17,419 bases of DNA from Candidatus Xenobia bacterium (GTDB lineage: Bacteria; Vulcanimicrobiota; Xenobia; Xenobiales; QWHO01). Location of the stretch: NCBI GenBank assembly GCA_045863235.1, contig BTUM01000125.1, forward strand, positions 1 to 17,419. Reading direction: 5' to 3'. The number at the start of each line of letters is the position of its first letter. Within the stretch, counting starts at the first letter, position 1. Of the stretch, positions 17,303 to 17,419 are shown in pieces. Made by a program: the position numbers and the translations under genes. Below the pieces are notes generated by a model that worked only from the letters and a program-made list of their open reading frames with translations, searched no databases and was not told where the DNA came from.

Positions 17303-17331
17303 TTGACAGCCCCGTGGTGCCATGGTAATCT
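17303..17331 (+). promoter_or_regulatory. Strong sigma70-type promoter, probably for an rRNA operon
   Basis: TTGACA (17303-17308), 17-nt spacer, TAATCT (17326-17331), with an extended -10 TG at 17323-17324. Confidence 0.85.
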
Positions 17332-17338
17332 ACCGTTT

Positions 17339-17376
17339 GCGCCCGACTTGTGGCGCTGTAAGCTGGTCTTTGACAA
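17339..17376 (+). promoter_or_regulatory. rrn-type leader: boxB-like hairpin plus boxA antitermination element
   Basis: Hairpin GCGCC-N8-GGCGC (17339-17356), then TGGTCTTTGACA (17364-17375), a 10/12 match to E. coli boxA TGCTCTTTAACA. No ORF start evident downstream. Confidence 0.7.
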
Positions 17377-17419
17377 CTGGATAACGGTTTTTGTGAAGTG
17401 CACCTGTTGATTAAGTTGC

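Noticed and set aside
17309..17323. Possible sigma54 promoter (TGGCAC on the minus strand) for the pilin cassette
   Set aside because: There is no TTGC at the -12 position and the GG-N10-GC spacing is not met. The site lies within the plus-strand sigma70 promoter spacer.

Overview
GC-rich bacterial chromosomal segment, densely coding, with no recognisable mobile element, CRISPR array or tRNA. From left to right: a minus-strand unit (secreted LTxxQ-motif protein, tandem-PilZ protein, mutM/fpg running off the left edge); HIT hydrolase plus HEAT-repeat protein, converging with an 82-nt overlap on an alpha/beta-hydrolase esterase; a small secreted protein, mgtE and acs; a 4-TM membrane protein with its own sigma70-type promoter and intrinsic terminator; a minus-strand unit of an orphan NMT1/SsuA-like solute-binding protein, a stand-alone B3/4 (PheRS editing-like) protein and a SAM methyltransferase; a small basic hypothetical protein with a structured leader; a multi-TM/coiled-coil/GAF/Hanks Ser-Thr kinase; and a minus-strand type IV filament cassette (PilV-like, PilW-like, large PilX-like pilins plus a short PilC/GspF platform protein). 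The right edge carries a near-consensus promoter, a hairpin and a boxA, typical of an rRNA operon leader. The best candidates for undescribed biology are the inverted-architecture sensor kinase, the self-contained minor-pilin/PilC cassette with a 524-aa PilX-like protein, and the SBP-B3/4-methyltransferase unit. Gene style loosely suggests Vulcanimicrobiota/Eremiobacterota, but that is an unverified impression. All family calls come from motif reading by eye, not database searches.
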